64,000 nt of DNA from Mytilus trossulus (Eukaryota). Positions 25,382-39,719 of this stretch are shown piece after piece. The notes below the pieces were generated by a model, which was not told the DNA's origin, searched no databases, and was given only the letters and a program-made list of their open reading frames with translations. The position numbers were made by a program, and so were the translations under genes. The DNA lies in contig NC_086381.1 of NCBI RefSeq assembly GCF_036588685.1, positions 54,002,001-54,066,000 of the forward strand, written 5' to 3'. The stretch's first letter is position 1. Each line of letters opens with the position of its first letter.

Positions 25382-28300
25382 TTATATTTGGGGACATCAT
25401 CATGATCATGTCAATAGTTATAATAAAACTTTTCTTAAATAATTTTGTTGTTTCTTTGTTGCGCACGATGTTTCCATAATAAAAATAATAATGTAAACTG
25501 CTTAGATTCTGAACTTTTCTTCGTTTTCATGAAAATGGTGCATATTATGACGTAATTCTGATTGCATATCATTAAAAATCTTATTCATTTTTATTTCTTG
25601 AGTGATGCATAATGTGCAATTTTGAAATAGTTCCCAAAAGCTTATGTCCATGGCCATAACCGGGCATTGAGTCGTCTGCGTATTAACTGTTACAAAAAAG
25701 TATGATTTTAAGTATCTTCTAACAATACAAGTTATTCTAATGAATTTGCCACTTTAATATGTTTTTTTTTTATCCTTATTTCTTTACTATTATTTAAAAA
25801 AAAAAATTTTTTAGATTTTTTTCTGGTAGATGGGAGATAACTAGATTTACAATATATGCACAGTTTTTTTTTTATATACACAATAGTTGGCTGATTGCAG
25901 GATGAATTGTGAAATCTGCAGCCATGTGTTCCATAGTGCAAAACCACCAACAAACGCAGTTAATGTATGTCGGACTTTCTTGTATTGTCGGTTTCATTAA
26001 TCTTTATTTTTTATCTGTATATAACTTTAGTGCTTTTTGTTTTTTCTTATTTAGATCTCATAAGGTTTTTATCTTTTATTTCATTTGACTTTCAAGGCAG
26101 ACAAATAAAGATACGGAGTCCCTCGGAATTTTTTCACTAGTTATGTTCGAAAGAATTCCGTTCCTAAAACTTGTATAAAAGAAATCACATTCACCTCTGT
26201 TATATATTTCGCCAGCGTGTGAGTGTGTAGGTGACCATCAGAACGTACAGCATTTGATGCTCAGTAATATATTTCATGACAGTTTATTTTACGAACTTAT
26301 AACATAATTTTAAATGAACAAATGAGCTTTGCTGTAGAAATGTCTTTCCACTTGTTTGTGAGAGCGATTAAAAAAGGACTTATCAAAAGTGCTTTAGGCA
26401 TAGTCCCCTTCGTTCCATTTTTTTAGGCTCTATAAGTCTTAGATTATATAGTAAATGTTCTGTCCTATTTCGTCTCATTTAAGACTTGTTTAATATTGCC
26501 ATACTCTTATTTGTACGCGCTTACACTATTATAATTTCAACAAGTTATACATTCACTCTTATTTTCAATGCTGCGATTTAATATTTCAATACACTTTTGA
26601 TTTTAAATAAATGTGAATAATATATTCAAAACAAAATTTGCAGTCCTGTATATCAATACAAATAATCATTTAAGATAAAACTAAACGTATCAACATCATT
26701 TAAGATAAAAATAAACGTATCAAAATCGAAATTCAATTACTTTTTTGTTTTGCATGTATTAAACCATATTTTTGAAAAGAAAGATAAACCCATTTTATAT
26801 GTTCGGACGTCAATTATTGTTACGTTGTTTTGATCATCTCTCTTTGTTCTGTGCATAATAAAACACATTTTAAATGTTCTTTTTTGCGTGAACTTATTTT
26901 CGCGAAATCGGTATTGCAGATGAATTCGCGTGTATTTAATTTTCGCGGTATTGATGAAAACATCAAAATAATCATAACGGACTTTCTGCATTAAAGTGAT
27001 TAAGAGTGTCATATCAATAGTGAGTACAATTTAGTTTATACCTTCGGTATTACTCCATTAAAATGTAAAAAGTAAAATCACAAAAAAACTGAACTCCGAG
27101 GAATATTCAAAACGGAAAGTCCAAAATCAAATGTCAAAATCAAAAGCTCAAACACATCACACGAATGGTAGTGTGCATTAGGGAATTTTGACTTTTAAAA
27201 TCTGACTATCAATAATAAATATACTTACCTTGTTTAAAAAAAGTTTTGTATTTATAAACATGATAAATGTGTTCATAAAATATTAGATGTTTTTATTTAT
27301 TACGTCTTTATTTAATAAACATAATTGATATAACATTCCACTGTTCTAAAAATGATAATTTTTCTTAGCAATCATATACATATTTTTTGACTTGTGCATG
27401 CAACCTAAAACGTTCACAACGAAAATATTCAATAGCAATATAATTCTGAGAATCGTGTTGTCTTTAACATTGTGACTAATTCATATTTTATTAATAGACT
27501 TCCTTAAAAACAGACATGAAATCCAATCGGTCAGCTCTTTCTGATTAGATTCCGGTTGTGTGTGATTTAATATGTTCAAATGACTCAAATAACAACAGCA
27601 ATTGTTAATTGTAATGAGTGACTTGTACTTTTACCAGGATAATCAGATACAAGCAGAGTGAAACGTAACTATCAATATGCGTTATAAGTTTGTGCGCCAG
27701 GAATGCATTAAACTATAGATTTTTCTTTGTTAAAGATCAGCATTTATCTTGTGTTTTTTTTCATTATATTGTAATAAAATGATTATTCACAGTCTAAAAT
27801 ATTTGTCGGGATCTTGCAAGATTAAGGGGTAATGATCCTTTCCTGTATTGTACGTCGGATTATATTAGGTTTTTGTTTTCCTGCGTTAGTGTAGGATTTC
27901 TGTTGAAACCATCTCGTGTCTCTATAGTTACCATGAATGGCCGGTTCTGAATTGGTACCAATTCGACCTTAACTATTTTATGATCTAGGAATTGTAAATA
28001 TGCACTCCCCTGAAACCAGGGGGTAATGCGAATATGAACCGACGTTTTTGCGGACCATGGTCCTTGTTCTCTTTAGCGTTTAACATGGAGGAACTTGAAC
28101 AATCATTGTCACCAATGGTGCACATACTTGTCAATAAAATCACTTACGTCGGCATTCTTCCATCATGTCAGATCTAGTCATTCGAAGTGAACGTTGGCGG
28201 CTATTTGCCTAAATATTTCATGAATTATTTGTTTTTTGATGCTATGCATTAAACGTGATTCTTTAATCAATGTTCATTCGCAAGAGTATGTAACAAGCGT

Positions 28301-30124
28301 AAACAAATTAACCGAACTTCACTTTGCATTGGACGACAGCATACACAAATCAATGATGTTTGTTGTTAAAAATACTGTGACGCAGTCATCTATCTTTATA
28401 TGTTGATTTTTTTATTAGGAATATACATGAAACATCACAAACCGTATTGTAGATGATATGTGTATTAACAATACAAGTAAAATGATTAGTTAAAGAAACA
28501 AATAAAAAATGTGTAAAATGTTTTTTTCTCTGATCTATAATTTTCTTTTAAAAATACTAGTTTTAGTGACGTCAATTTATCAAACTTAGCAGGGTATTAG
28601 TACTCGGCCAGATTGTAGATTCGTCCATGCTTTCTCAAACATACAAAACATATGATGGGTCACCGTGTTGTTTTATAAGCTAAACGTCATGCTAAATTTC
28701 CCAAATATGCATAGATTGTTAATGCAAAATCACTTTTTTTTTGTGAATAAAAAGAAATCTATGAGATATAATTTTGAAATAAAATATGAGAAGATAGGTT
28801 TTAGATTGTTCTTTAAGAAAATAAAAATAAAAAATGGTGTCATCGACCTGGTTTTCTTTCTACAATTCAAAGTTGAACACTGCTTAATCATTCCATTTGA
28901 GTTATCACCCCTTTAATGGCTTAGTTGACAATTTGAATCGAACAAACAAAAACCTTTGGTACTGGATAAATCTGTCCAAATATTTCAATAAGCCACTCCT
29001 TTTCTTTTATTCATATTAACACTCATTACCCATTATTCTGTTTCAAAATTTGCAGATTTAAGCAAAGAACTTGACCTACTGGGAACTTCTATTTTACAAT
29101 CCAAGATGTGTTATACAGTTAATCTATCTAGTAAAAATAAATGTGAACCCTTGAATGAATTCGAACTTCCCCAATTTAGCTGTTATATGTACTCTACATT
29201 TTATTCACTACTCATACAAAAAAAAAACATAGTCTCGGTGCATTATGTATATGCCAGTTTGTTTTTCAAAGTTGAAGTATTTGTTTCTTTTTTTATAATG
29301 ATTAAGATTATAACACAATGCTGACTGTTGTACCCCTATTTTTTCTATTGTTACCTATTATGTCTGTTTGTTTTTGTTAGCACGTTGTCGTTATAGTAGA
29401 ATTTTATGCGATTGTAATACAAGTGAGATGTTTAGCTAGCTATAAGGTGTAATCCATCATTTTCTACAAAAGGGAATGTCTGAACCAAGTCAGGAATATG
29501 ACAGTTGTATTCCAATCGTTGTAATCATCGGATATTGTCCAAAACTATTGACTTTTAAGAATTGTCTGAGTCATGGGTAAACAGTTTCCAAAAGTATTTC
29601 TCAATTAGAACGAAAGCCGACCTGTGACTTCTTCTTATAAATTTTATGAATTAACACAAAATGTAAAAAAATAAAATAATAGCTGATCTATTTTACATTA
29701 TATAATAATTATTTATGGATATCCGTATCGTTAAAAATCCCTCACAGTCAGAGTCAGAGTAATTCGATTTATTATACTGCACGTTAAAATGCCATATTTT
29801 GATTGGCTAATACGAGGGTGTTAAATTACTCTATCACATGGTTAAGCGGGTGGTAATTTTTTTGAATGTCATTCCTCTCGTCTCGATCAATCAAAAATCG
29901 ACAATTCAAAGGATAATGAATTGAATTTACATCAAGTAATTAAAGACAATGCTTAAGTTCTACGTTTTGGCTCAGATTTTATTATTTGACTGTCATTTTG
30001 CTTCACTTCTGTTGATTGTTCTAATACCCATAACGTTGTTATATACGTGACGTCATATAAAATACTTTTAAATACAATTCATCTGTAAACGATAATAATG
30101 ATAGGACACTCAGTATAATAAATT

Positions 30125-30262
30125 AAATAACACATAACTGAGAGGGTGATAGAGCAGATTGGTACCCCTCAAAAAAGCATTGTCAACCTTTGCTTCGCCG
30201 CGGTTGACAATGTTTTCTCGGGGTAACAATCTGCTCTATCACCCTCTCAGTTTGTGGTATTT
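30125..30262. repeat. Long imperfect palindrome (~60-bp arms, GCTTCGC in the loop)
   Basis: aactgagagggtgatagagcagattg...cattgtcaacc / ggttgacaatg...caatctgctctatcaccctctcagtt. Confidence 0.9.
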
Positions 30263-30629
30263 ATATAGTACCCGAGAACAGACAAATATTTGCTAATAAG
30301 TATCTTTTAAATGGACATGTACTGCGTTATATACATGTATGTTACAGTTGACATTAGCCAATATCGGAAACTTACAATGATGTAATACACTTTTGTAATT
30401 ATTTTGCTGTCATACCAGACGACAATAAATCTCATTTTATTCATCTTAGTTATATGTTGAAAACTAAGTTGAACATTTTTGAAAACGTTGAACATGGGAG
30501 CACTCAATAAAATAAAAAGAACAATGAACCAATCAATAAATCTAAAAGCTTGATTAATTTTTTCACATCTCAATGCATATACATGTTTGAGTTAGTGTAT
30601 TCCCCTCACCTCTATTGGACGATTTTTTG

Positions 30630-30890
30630 TGTAAGAAACACACCTCTACTGATAAAACCCGTATAGTGTGAAGATACATGTCCGTAACGTTTCAAATGAG
30701 GTATGTAAACGCCATACGATGGGACAGATGGTACAGATTATATGTTACTGCTAAGACATAGAAATTTGACAATTGGTAAGTGGAAATTATCATGTTTGAA
30801 ATCGTCCAACTTAGACATTGTCAAAGAAGAGATCAATATATGAAGCAGAACTTTTACATTTGACAGTATCATTAAATGCATTAATTGCAG
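30630..30890 (-). pseudogene. Degenerate Naiad/PLE RT remnant
   Basis: SSASYIDL, DNFHLPIVKFLCLSSNI and PSYGVYIPHLKRY match SASYLDL, DDFSFPIVNFPFLSSNI and PAYGVYISQLIRY of the intact ORF. Confidence 0.75.
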
Positions 30891-31724
30891 TTTCATTGAG
30901 CTATTGCAGATACAAGCACTAACTATAACCTGATATATGAAAGTTAGATTAAAGAACATTGCCTACCGCTTTTCGAATAGGATTGCACATTTTACCGAAA
31001 ATATGTATGATTAGTAGCAATGCTGCATCTACATCTGACTGACACTGCTAGTTGCAATTACATCTTCACAATATTTCTGAAGCCATCAGTAACTGTTGAA
31101 AATATTGATATTTTGTACAGCTAATAAAATAAAACGTATGAACATTCTTTCAAGTTTCTGAAATACTAAGGAGTAAAAACATAAAAGACAAAATAAACTA
31201 AATACGTTAAATCAAGTATGCATCTTATCACATAACAAAAATTAAGTAAATGCGTTGTATATATTTGACATTCATTCAATGCATTCATTTTAAAATCAAA
31301 TGACTGGGAGATAATGCATAATTTCAACTGAATAAGAAAAATGAGTGATTGAATATAAAAAAAGAACAACGTTACATACAAAATTTAATATGTTAAACAT
31401 GTTATTTCTTATAATTTATCAGAAATTATTAAATGGATAAAGAAGTACTTAAAACAAAAATCTTATTTTGTTATTTTGTTAAAAAATGACCATTTTTTTT
31501 ACAGCTGACAAATAACAAACAACATTCACTCATGCGATACTTGTAAATCTTGTCGTAAAATACAATATTTTATTATTTTTCCATCTTTGACACGTTTAAT
31601 GTTCTCGCGAATAATGAAATATGTACAAATAGTGGCTCAAATCATTTATGTTGTATTCACAGTATAACATGTATAACAAAACAAGTACGTGAACCATATT
31701 AACACTGCAATGTAAAACAAAACA

Positions 31725-32046
31725 GATAATAACTCGGCAGTTTGATCGAAGGTAATTTCCAAAGTTGATACTGTAAACGTTTGACTTATGGTTCCTTTAT
31801 TTCCCCCTTTCTTGATTGCTTAAATTGTAAATGCATACTCAGTGTTGGGCTTTAATCCTTCTACGACATACGTGCAAGAATTTCCAGGAGTTTAAAAAAA
31901 AAACATGTCACACATATGCCTGTTTCCTCACACATTATCTTATAAAAGTCCATAAAATCAGCACCTAACTTGGTTCATCCCATGTTAATTCAACTTCTGT
32001 TGAAGTCATATTCGAGGCTGATGGACATATTGGTTCAAACGTGGCC
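31725..32046 (-). pseudogene. Fibronectin type III domain pseudo-exon
   Basis: After acceptor ttctatag: ATFEPICPSASNMTSTEVELTWDEP / GADFMDFYKIMCEE / TPGNSCTYVVEGLKPNTEYAFTI*AIKKGG; FN3 W, Y and GLKPxTxY signatures; frameshifts and a TAA. Confidence 0.75.
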
Positions 32047-33078
32047 CTATAGAATATAAACAAACTAAATTTTAATTATTGATTAATTGACAATTATTAT
32101 ATGTAAATTGAAAATAAATATTATAATATAAAATGTCAATAAACGATTAAAAGAAACAAGCACGATTTGCTGCTTTCGAAACGACAACAACTTCGTGGTT
32201 TTGACAAGCAATCTCTGTTATATACATTTGTCCTTGACGGTGAGTTATCTAATAAGCACTCATATCCAATCGTCATATGTATTTCAATTACAGAAGTGTT
32301 ACCGCTAGTTTTATCAAATTCTGTAAATTGGTACTCTTTATTGCTTCTTTTAGATTTGATGTTACCGTTTACAAATTTGTTGCTGTGCATTCCATATAAT
32401 TAAATACAAGCCCAAAAGAGGAATGTGTTTGCTTGGCAAGTAGATCAATAACTTTGAATGTGATATATACGTCGGTATGCATACCGACAATACGACATAT
32501 ACACATACAAGGTTATAACTTTAGTATATTGACGTTAAACAACAGAACTAGAGTTTCAACCAAAAACAAAACTCTAAATCTTATCGAAATTTGGAAACTA
32601 ATACTTGATTTAAATGACAGAACATACTTTCATATCGTGTATAATCGCTTAATTGCTAAAACGCACATCATTAATTCGAAAACAAAAATATATATGAACG
32701 GCGTGTGTTCTTAGGGTTAGTTTTATAACAAAATTTGAACATATATTGTTTGACTTGTGAGTTTGATTAATGTTCATGTACATGTATAACATATATAACA
32801 AAATGAACTGGTAAGATGTACATTCAAGTTGTAAAAGGAAATTGATCAGTATACATCCGAATGATCAGTTTTCGTATTATTCAATTTTTAATATAGAGTC
32901 AATAATCAGGTTAAATGATTCGTTATTGTAAAATGTAAAAAAAAATGAAATTTGGAGCGTTCGAAACGGTTTTCTGTGAAGAAAAAAACATATCATGATA
33001 TATTTTGTTAGTTTACCATCGTTCAATTTATAGTTTTTCTTGAAAAGAAAAATCACAAAAATACCGAACTCCGAGAAA

Positions 33079-33656
33079 GGAGTAGGTCCGGTAAGGATCG
33101 ATTTTGGCCTCAAATTTAAGTTTCATCTGACGAAAGATTTTGACCACTTTTTAAACACTTAAGTGTCTATTTCATATGATTCAATTAATCTATGTGCAAG
33201 ATTTTAACCTATTTAGTCATTAAAAACGATCCAATTCAAGCTCAAATATGAAAAATCTACCAAATATGCGAAAAAATGTCACTTTTCAGATGGTTTTTGT
33301 CAAAAACGAAAGTGGCCGCATCCGTGTTCATCCTCAATCTTTACATATGTTATGTATTATCATCAAATACAACTTCCATTTCAATATTTTGGATGAACAC
33401 GAATGCGGCCACTTTCGTTTTACCCGGAAACTGTCTAAAATTTAACTAAAATGCTGGAATTGTGAAGATTTCAGTAATTTAGCACGACTTCATGGTGCTA
33501 GTACTCAATATATGTGCATTGTATTGTCAAAAACAGCCCATATTATTGTAGCAGAACCATTCTACTATCTAATAACTAAGAAAAAGTTTAAATTTTAACA
33601 ATTTTGTAAAACTGCTATATTTTGGGGCCAAAAAGAAGTCTTACTGAACCTACTCC
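33079..33656. mobile_element. MITE with ~30-bp TIRs and an internal 31-bp inverted repeat, nested in a dispersed repeat
   Basis: ggagtaggtccggtaag...ttttggcc / ggccaaaaa...cttactgaacctactcc; internal IR 33303-33333 / 33391-33421; host repeat continues on both sides (gaactccgagaaa | tttcaaaacgg). Confidence 0.8.
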
Positions 33657-34506
33657 TTTCAAAACGGCAAGTCCCTGATCAAATGGCAAGATCAAAAGCT
33701 CAAAGACATCAACCGAATGGACAACAATTGTCATTTTCCTGAACATCAAACCAATAGTCACACCCATCTTAAGGAAACTTTGCCCAAGGGACTTGGAACC
33801 CTTTCTTGTTTTAGTTCACAGGCAAACAAGATTAGAAATACATAATTATGTACATATCTTCATGACAGCAGTATTATTATGTCAATACGTGAATAAAAAA
33901 GACAACATCGGAAATATTCATGTTACATATTTGCCTATAACATGTATAATTAATTTTAAACTGTTCTTAACCAGGAGGTTATTGTGGTTAAGTGTTTCTC
34001 GTTTCACGTTTTTTATTTAGATTAGACCGTTGGTTTTCCCGCTTGAATGGTTTGATTCTAGTTATATTTTGGGCCCTTTGTAGCTTGCTGTTTTGTGTTG
34101 AAGACCGTACTTTGACCTATCATGGTTTACTTTTATAAATTGTGACTTGGATGGAGAGTTGTCTCATTAGCACTCATACCACATCTTCTTATATCTAATT
34201 AACAATGGTCGAAAAGATCTTAGGATTCGATGCTCGCATGTTATGTTTAGAATCTTGTTCACAAAAGCAGTCCACTTTACCTAAACTATTTGTTAATATT
34301 GAAGATAAATTTGTTGTATTGATTTTATAATGAGGGTACTTAAAAGTAAACGACTTATAGTACCAGGTTCAATTGAAAATTTAGAGTAAAGTTATTTCAA
34401 ACGAAACTGAATTATTATAAAAAAATATACTAAACATATACAAAAGAATACAAACATCATGTACATGAACTTATGTAATGCATAGTGAAGGGAATTAAAC
34501 AGTTAC

Positions 34507-35381
34507 CTCGCTCCAAATTCAGTTATCGTGTTTTTATTGCTTGTTTTCGATAAAACGATATTATAATGTATGTACATGTTAACTGATGATCGCCCTTTCA
34601 TGTCGTGTAACTTTTTTATGTCTTGTTTAGTCTTTTCATTTAACGTGTTGTCGAGTCATTTTATCATGTCATTGAACTTCATGGTTTCTTTCGTGATCGA
34701 TTCCGTTATCGTTTGGTGAGTGTCACCTAACCATACTCGTAGTGTTTTCTTGTCTTCTTTGGTTCACACAGTACAAATGTTTTCGTTTTCTCCGACCCAT
34801 TTTATTCAAGTTTCTTTATCGACCGCTAGGTTTTGTAAAACTATAATTCGGTACGTTACCAACGATGATTTTCTGTTAAATAATACCATTTGAAACTTCA
34901 TGGATTCAGATAATGTTGTTGTTTCTCATTTCTTCCATTCGGCAATTTTTGGGTCGTCTCCGTTCATCCATTTGGGTATTGCTTGGACATCTCTTCTGAT
35001 TCATTTTATTAAATTATCCGTGTCATGTTTTATTAAATCTATTAAAGATTGTTCCGTTGTCGGCTTTAATAAACATAGTAAACCTTTAACCCGTTCTCTT
35101 CTATCATTCGTTAGACCAATGTCTATTATTAGTTCAGATGATTTGAGAAAAAAAACTTCGATACGTAGTAACCAACGATATCCCGATCCATGATAATGCC
35201 TGAAACGGGAAGAATTTTTATCTTTCTTGAAAATAGATCTGTCGTTAGTGTTAAAATAGATTTACTAATTTATTGTTTTACCTTGAGTGGTTGGTTGCTT
35301 AATAATTTCTTGCAGCTGTTCAATGTCAAGAGCGAGAAATAATGAGTCATTATAACAATACGTACACGTGGGTTCTGCCAT
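34507..35381 (-). pseudogene. Pseudogene copy 1 of an 11-residue-periodic Trp/Leu helical-repeat protein (exons 35381-35282 and 35199-34507)
   Basis: ATG exon MAEPTCTYCYNDSLFLALDIEQLQEIIKQPTTQ with a GT donor; second exon LIK*IRRDVQA IPKWMNGDDPK IAEWKK... with 5 TGA stops; paralogous to 52400-53160. Confidence 0.65.
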
Positions 35382-38300
35382 GTGGAACAACAGAGACGCA
35401 AAGCGGGACATTTAGACTGTTAATGGACAACTTATCGTCAGATAGCGCTGAAATTGACTTGGAACCAGGTTAGCGTATAATTCCCTTTACACGATGCAAC
35501 ACAATATCCAAGACACAATAGAGACAAGTAAAGTCGTAGAAGGTAAAAATCTTTATGTTTTTTAAGAGTAAAAAATAAAAATAAAAGGAAATGTATATGT
35601 TAATTAACTGTAGGAGAGCATAACAATAGTATCATCATTATCATACATGTTAAAAAAATATAAAAAATACATGTTGTCATGACAAGGTAGAGATTTGTAA
35701 ATGAAATTTGTATTTGAAAAGCTTATGATATCCGGCCATGTTGGTTTGAACGATAAAATAAGGAATAACATTTATTGAAGAAGACTTATATGGTGTTACA
35801 TTGTTCATACAATTTTTGATATATTGGCCACTAGATTTTAAAAATCAACTAAAGAAAATCTTTTGAAATCATCTAAAATAGCTATGGAATCAGATCTGAT
35901 TGTCACTAACTGTGAGATAAAATGCGGAAGTTGTATATCAAAATACAGCAAAGTTTGCTCTCAATGGATTTATGACTTTCGAACAGCGGTACACTACTTT
36001 TGTCTTATTCAAAACGCATTGTTGACTACTTTTACTTTTTGTTTATATTTTTATACAGTTTTCAGTTACCTAACCTTGTTTTACAGTAAATTAACACTGT
36101 TGTAGGTCTACTATATACACAGGTTTATCATAACTTTTTTTTATGTATGTACAATGTATATAATAGTGTTCAAATATCATGACGACAATAATAAAGTACT
36201 CTCCAGATATATAAGTCGATATATTGGAAATAATGTAATACACTCATTATTTCATTGATAGAAAGTACCATTATGGTTAATAATTGCGAATAATAAAAAT
36301 AAATGGTTATCATATGAAAAAAGTAACTAGTAACCTACCATACATTTAACAGAATTTGTATTGAACCAGTAATCTGAACTACAATACTACTTTTATGCAC
36401 AACTGTTTGCGTATGCATTCGATATAGATCGATTTCTTCCTGAATTTCGTTGCTGAAATCTATCTTTCTTATTACCATTCACCAAATGCCTCAGTACTGT
36501 TTAGTTAAATGCTCTAATACTGTTGAAAGACTGCTTTCACTGGTTATTTTATACATGTTATACTTTTTGATGTTCATACCAAACACAAGTATTTGCAATA
36601 CAATTATTTCCTCGTGTTTCAATCGGCTTTGCGTTTGACCAGGTTTTTTTCTCTTGATTAGTTGATTTATGACCATGGAACTACAGTATACTACTGTTGC
36701 CCTCATTTATCACTAATCGATTCCTTACCAGATTAACAGCACTAAATGTCATTTATTTTGTGGAATGTAACAAGTTTATGTTTCTATATTATACACATCA
36801 TTTTATGAGATTACTATACATTGTAAACAAAAATATGATCAAGTACGCCAAATCACAAAAAAATCAATTCCTGATTGCTGTTTTTGTTTTGTAACAATGA
36901 TTTTTTTTTTTAAATTACAAACCAGATTTGTTTGCACTATCTTTGCAAGTGAGTACCGATACAAGTTCCGAGGGATTTTTTTTTTATAAACATAGGTCTG
37001 GAGTAGATTTTTATTTTCCAGCAACCTTAAATTCATAAATTATTTTGTGCATTTATTATTGAGATTATAAAGATGGCCAAAAGTGAAATTAATAGTTGCA
37101 ATTTAAAGAAAATCTTCATACGGAGATAATATCAAATACCATAATGTGATTTATTTTGGTTGCGATTCTCATCAAGTCGTACTATTCGCTTCAATAACAA
37201 CTAAGCTATACTTTAATTTACATATATTTACATTATTTATGTGTTTTATAGTTTGATTTAGAAAAAATCCTGTCATGTAGTTGTGTTATGTTAGTGTTAT
37301 ATTTAACATTGTCATACTAGTGCTTGGTTTGGCTAGCCACAAAACCAGGTTCAACCCACCACGTTTCTTAAAATGTCCTGTACCAAGTCAGGAAAATGGC
37401 AGTTGTTAATTTATAGTTCGTTTCTGTGTGTGTTGCATTGTCGTTTGTTTTTGTTCACTTCTGGTTTCTGTTGTTTCGTTGTTTTCCTCTTATAGTTGAT
37501 GTGTTTCCCTCGGTTTTGGTTTGTAACCCGGATTTTTTTTTGTCTCAATCGATTTATGACTTTCGAACAGCGGTATACTACTGTTGGCTTTATTTAAACC
37601 AGCTTTAATCTACCAGTTTATACATAAGACAGGAATATGACAGTTGTTTTCCGTTCGTTTGATGTGATTGAACTTTTGATTTTGCCTATTGATAACGGAT
37701 TTTCCGATTAGAATTTTCCTTGGGTTTATTTTTGTTGGTATCAATGTTATTTTCCTTTTTTTATAAAATTTACATTAATCCAAAGCTTGTTTATTTGATG
37801 ACCTTCTTCTCATTGTAATTAAAACAGTACTGAAGGGGCGTCCGTTTTGTAGTCGAGGGTGCATAGAAACGTATTTGTATGCTTTTAGAATTAAGATGTG
37901 AAATTAGATGATCTTTTGCGGTGAATATCCCGCTACCTAGATTTGTGCTGAAACGTATGCTCGAAACTACTCAGATGGATCATTGAGTGGCATGTTGCAA
38001 TATAAGTGTCAATCCTTTTTGGACCATACGTCCTTTAAATGGAAGATTTGACGTGCTATCCTGTTTACCGGTTGAACATATATGGACAATCTATCTTATG
38101 GGCCATGTAACCTAGTTATAGTAAAAAATATCGATGAATAATAAAGCAACCTATTGCTCAATTATATCATCGGTTGGCATTTCATGCGCCATCTTGTGTT
38201 TTAAATAAAAGATGGATGTCAAATACATTTTTTCTTCAAAGTGTTGATACACTCGGTTTCAGTAATTCAAAAATATACATGGAACAAGAAATATCATGTC

Positions 38301-38412
38301 CTCTCATTATTTCAATCATTGTAACTGAAGGAGAAAAACAAGTATTGTTAGGAAGGGCACAGTTTAGAAGAAAATTACCTCTGAATTCTATAAAAAGAAA
38401 ACAAAAATATAA

Positions 38413-39719
38413 TTATTGCCTTTTCAACACTCCCTGGCTACAAGTGCTAAAACGAATGTCATATGCTATACTGTTACAGCATGATATGTGCGGCCCACTA
38501 AACGAATTCAACACTCCCTGACAACAAGTGCTATAACGACTGTCATATGCCGTACTTTTGCAGCATGATGTGTGCAGCACTTTAAACGAATTCAACACTC
38601 CCTGGCAACAAGTGCTAAAACGACTGTCATATGCTATACTTTTACAGCATAACATGTGCGGCCCACTAAACGAATTCAACACTCCCTGGCAACAGGTTTG
38701 AAAACGTGAATCATATTTGCTACTTCCGCATATTGCTGAAATGGAAATACGTATTAGATTTACACAAACGTACTATAGAATTGTTTTTTCTATCATGTAT
38801 TTAAAAATTGTATATTAGTTTCAAATTAATTTCAAATAAATCCTTGTAATTCCAGAGTTTGATTAAACTTAAGATTTAGTAGGGCCAAATCAATACCAAA
38901 ATATATACATTGGTTGACAATTTCAACTTTTGATAAAGTTATTGTAGGATTTGTGATCTAGAAATGATTTTTTTTCATTATTAATAGTTTGCACCATTTG
39001 TAGTTAGAACATCATCGTATGTTTACCTATTATATATAAGGCATATATTGTTGCGTCATTTTCAAACAATATTAACATTTTTGTTTAAGGCTATGGAACT
39101 TTTTTGCAGAGCCCTTCGACAGTTCTTTGCCGAATACACAATACTTTCTAATAACATTAAAATCTTTCAAAAATACCACTGATACCAAAAACATAAGAAC
39201 AAGGGTTTTATACTTAAGCATGTTAAGCGAGGAGTAAAAAGGTAAAAAACATTTAGAAATAACCATAAACTCATTAGACTTCAGGGAGATCATTTATCAT
39301 TATAGAGTAACTATTATTCATGTATTTATGTCTGTTTTCTTCTTCGGAAAATATCTTAACCGAATCAGAATTATGACAGTTGTTTTCTTTCGTTCCGTTA
39401 TCTGATAGCGTTCATCATGTAAATTTGTATGACTTCTCCTTTTGCGTTTACCTTGAAGTTCGTTATTTTGGTGATACTTTCGTGAGGAGTTCTGTCAGTG
39501 CATGTGTTTATTTTTATCCCCTTCATTTTCAAGATCAATATATTTTCTAAATTAAAATATCAAATTCATTTAATTTCTATATATCTGTTTGTAACTCATT
39601 TGCGCCAAATGCGACACATGGCGCTAACGGTACTTGTAAGTTGTAAATACGTTTGTATCTATACCTGCGCCAGTTTCTGCTACCCTTATTGCACATAGAA
39701 GTAGCACCAACTTCAACAT
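38413..39719 (-). CDS. Secreted galaxin-like Cys-repeat protein, 125 aa (exons 39719-39665 and 38735-38413)
   Basis: Signal peptide MLKLVLLLCAIRVAETGA; phase-1 GT/AG splice; then ICGSSKYDSRFQTCCQGVLN and 29-aa (87-bp) repeats ..CCKSIAYDSRFSTCCQGVLN.. with the galaxin double-Cys pattern; TAA at 38413-38415. Confidence 0.85.

Noticed and set aside
32136-32470. Possible additional pseudo-exon upstream of the FN3 exon (toxin-like domain considered)
   Set aside because: Similarity is too vague to support without a search, and splice sites are unclear
34507-35199. NUMT or mitochondrial-code (TGA=Trp) gene
   Set aside because: Has spliceosomal GT-AG boundaries and a nuclear paralog, and does not resemble any mitochondrial protein
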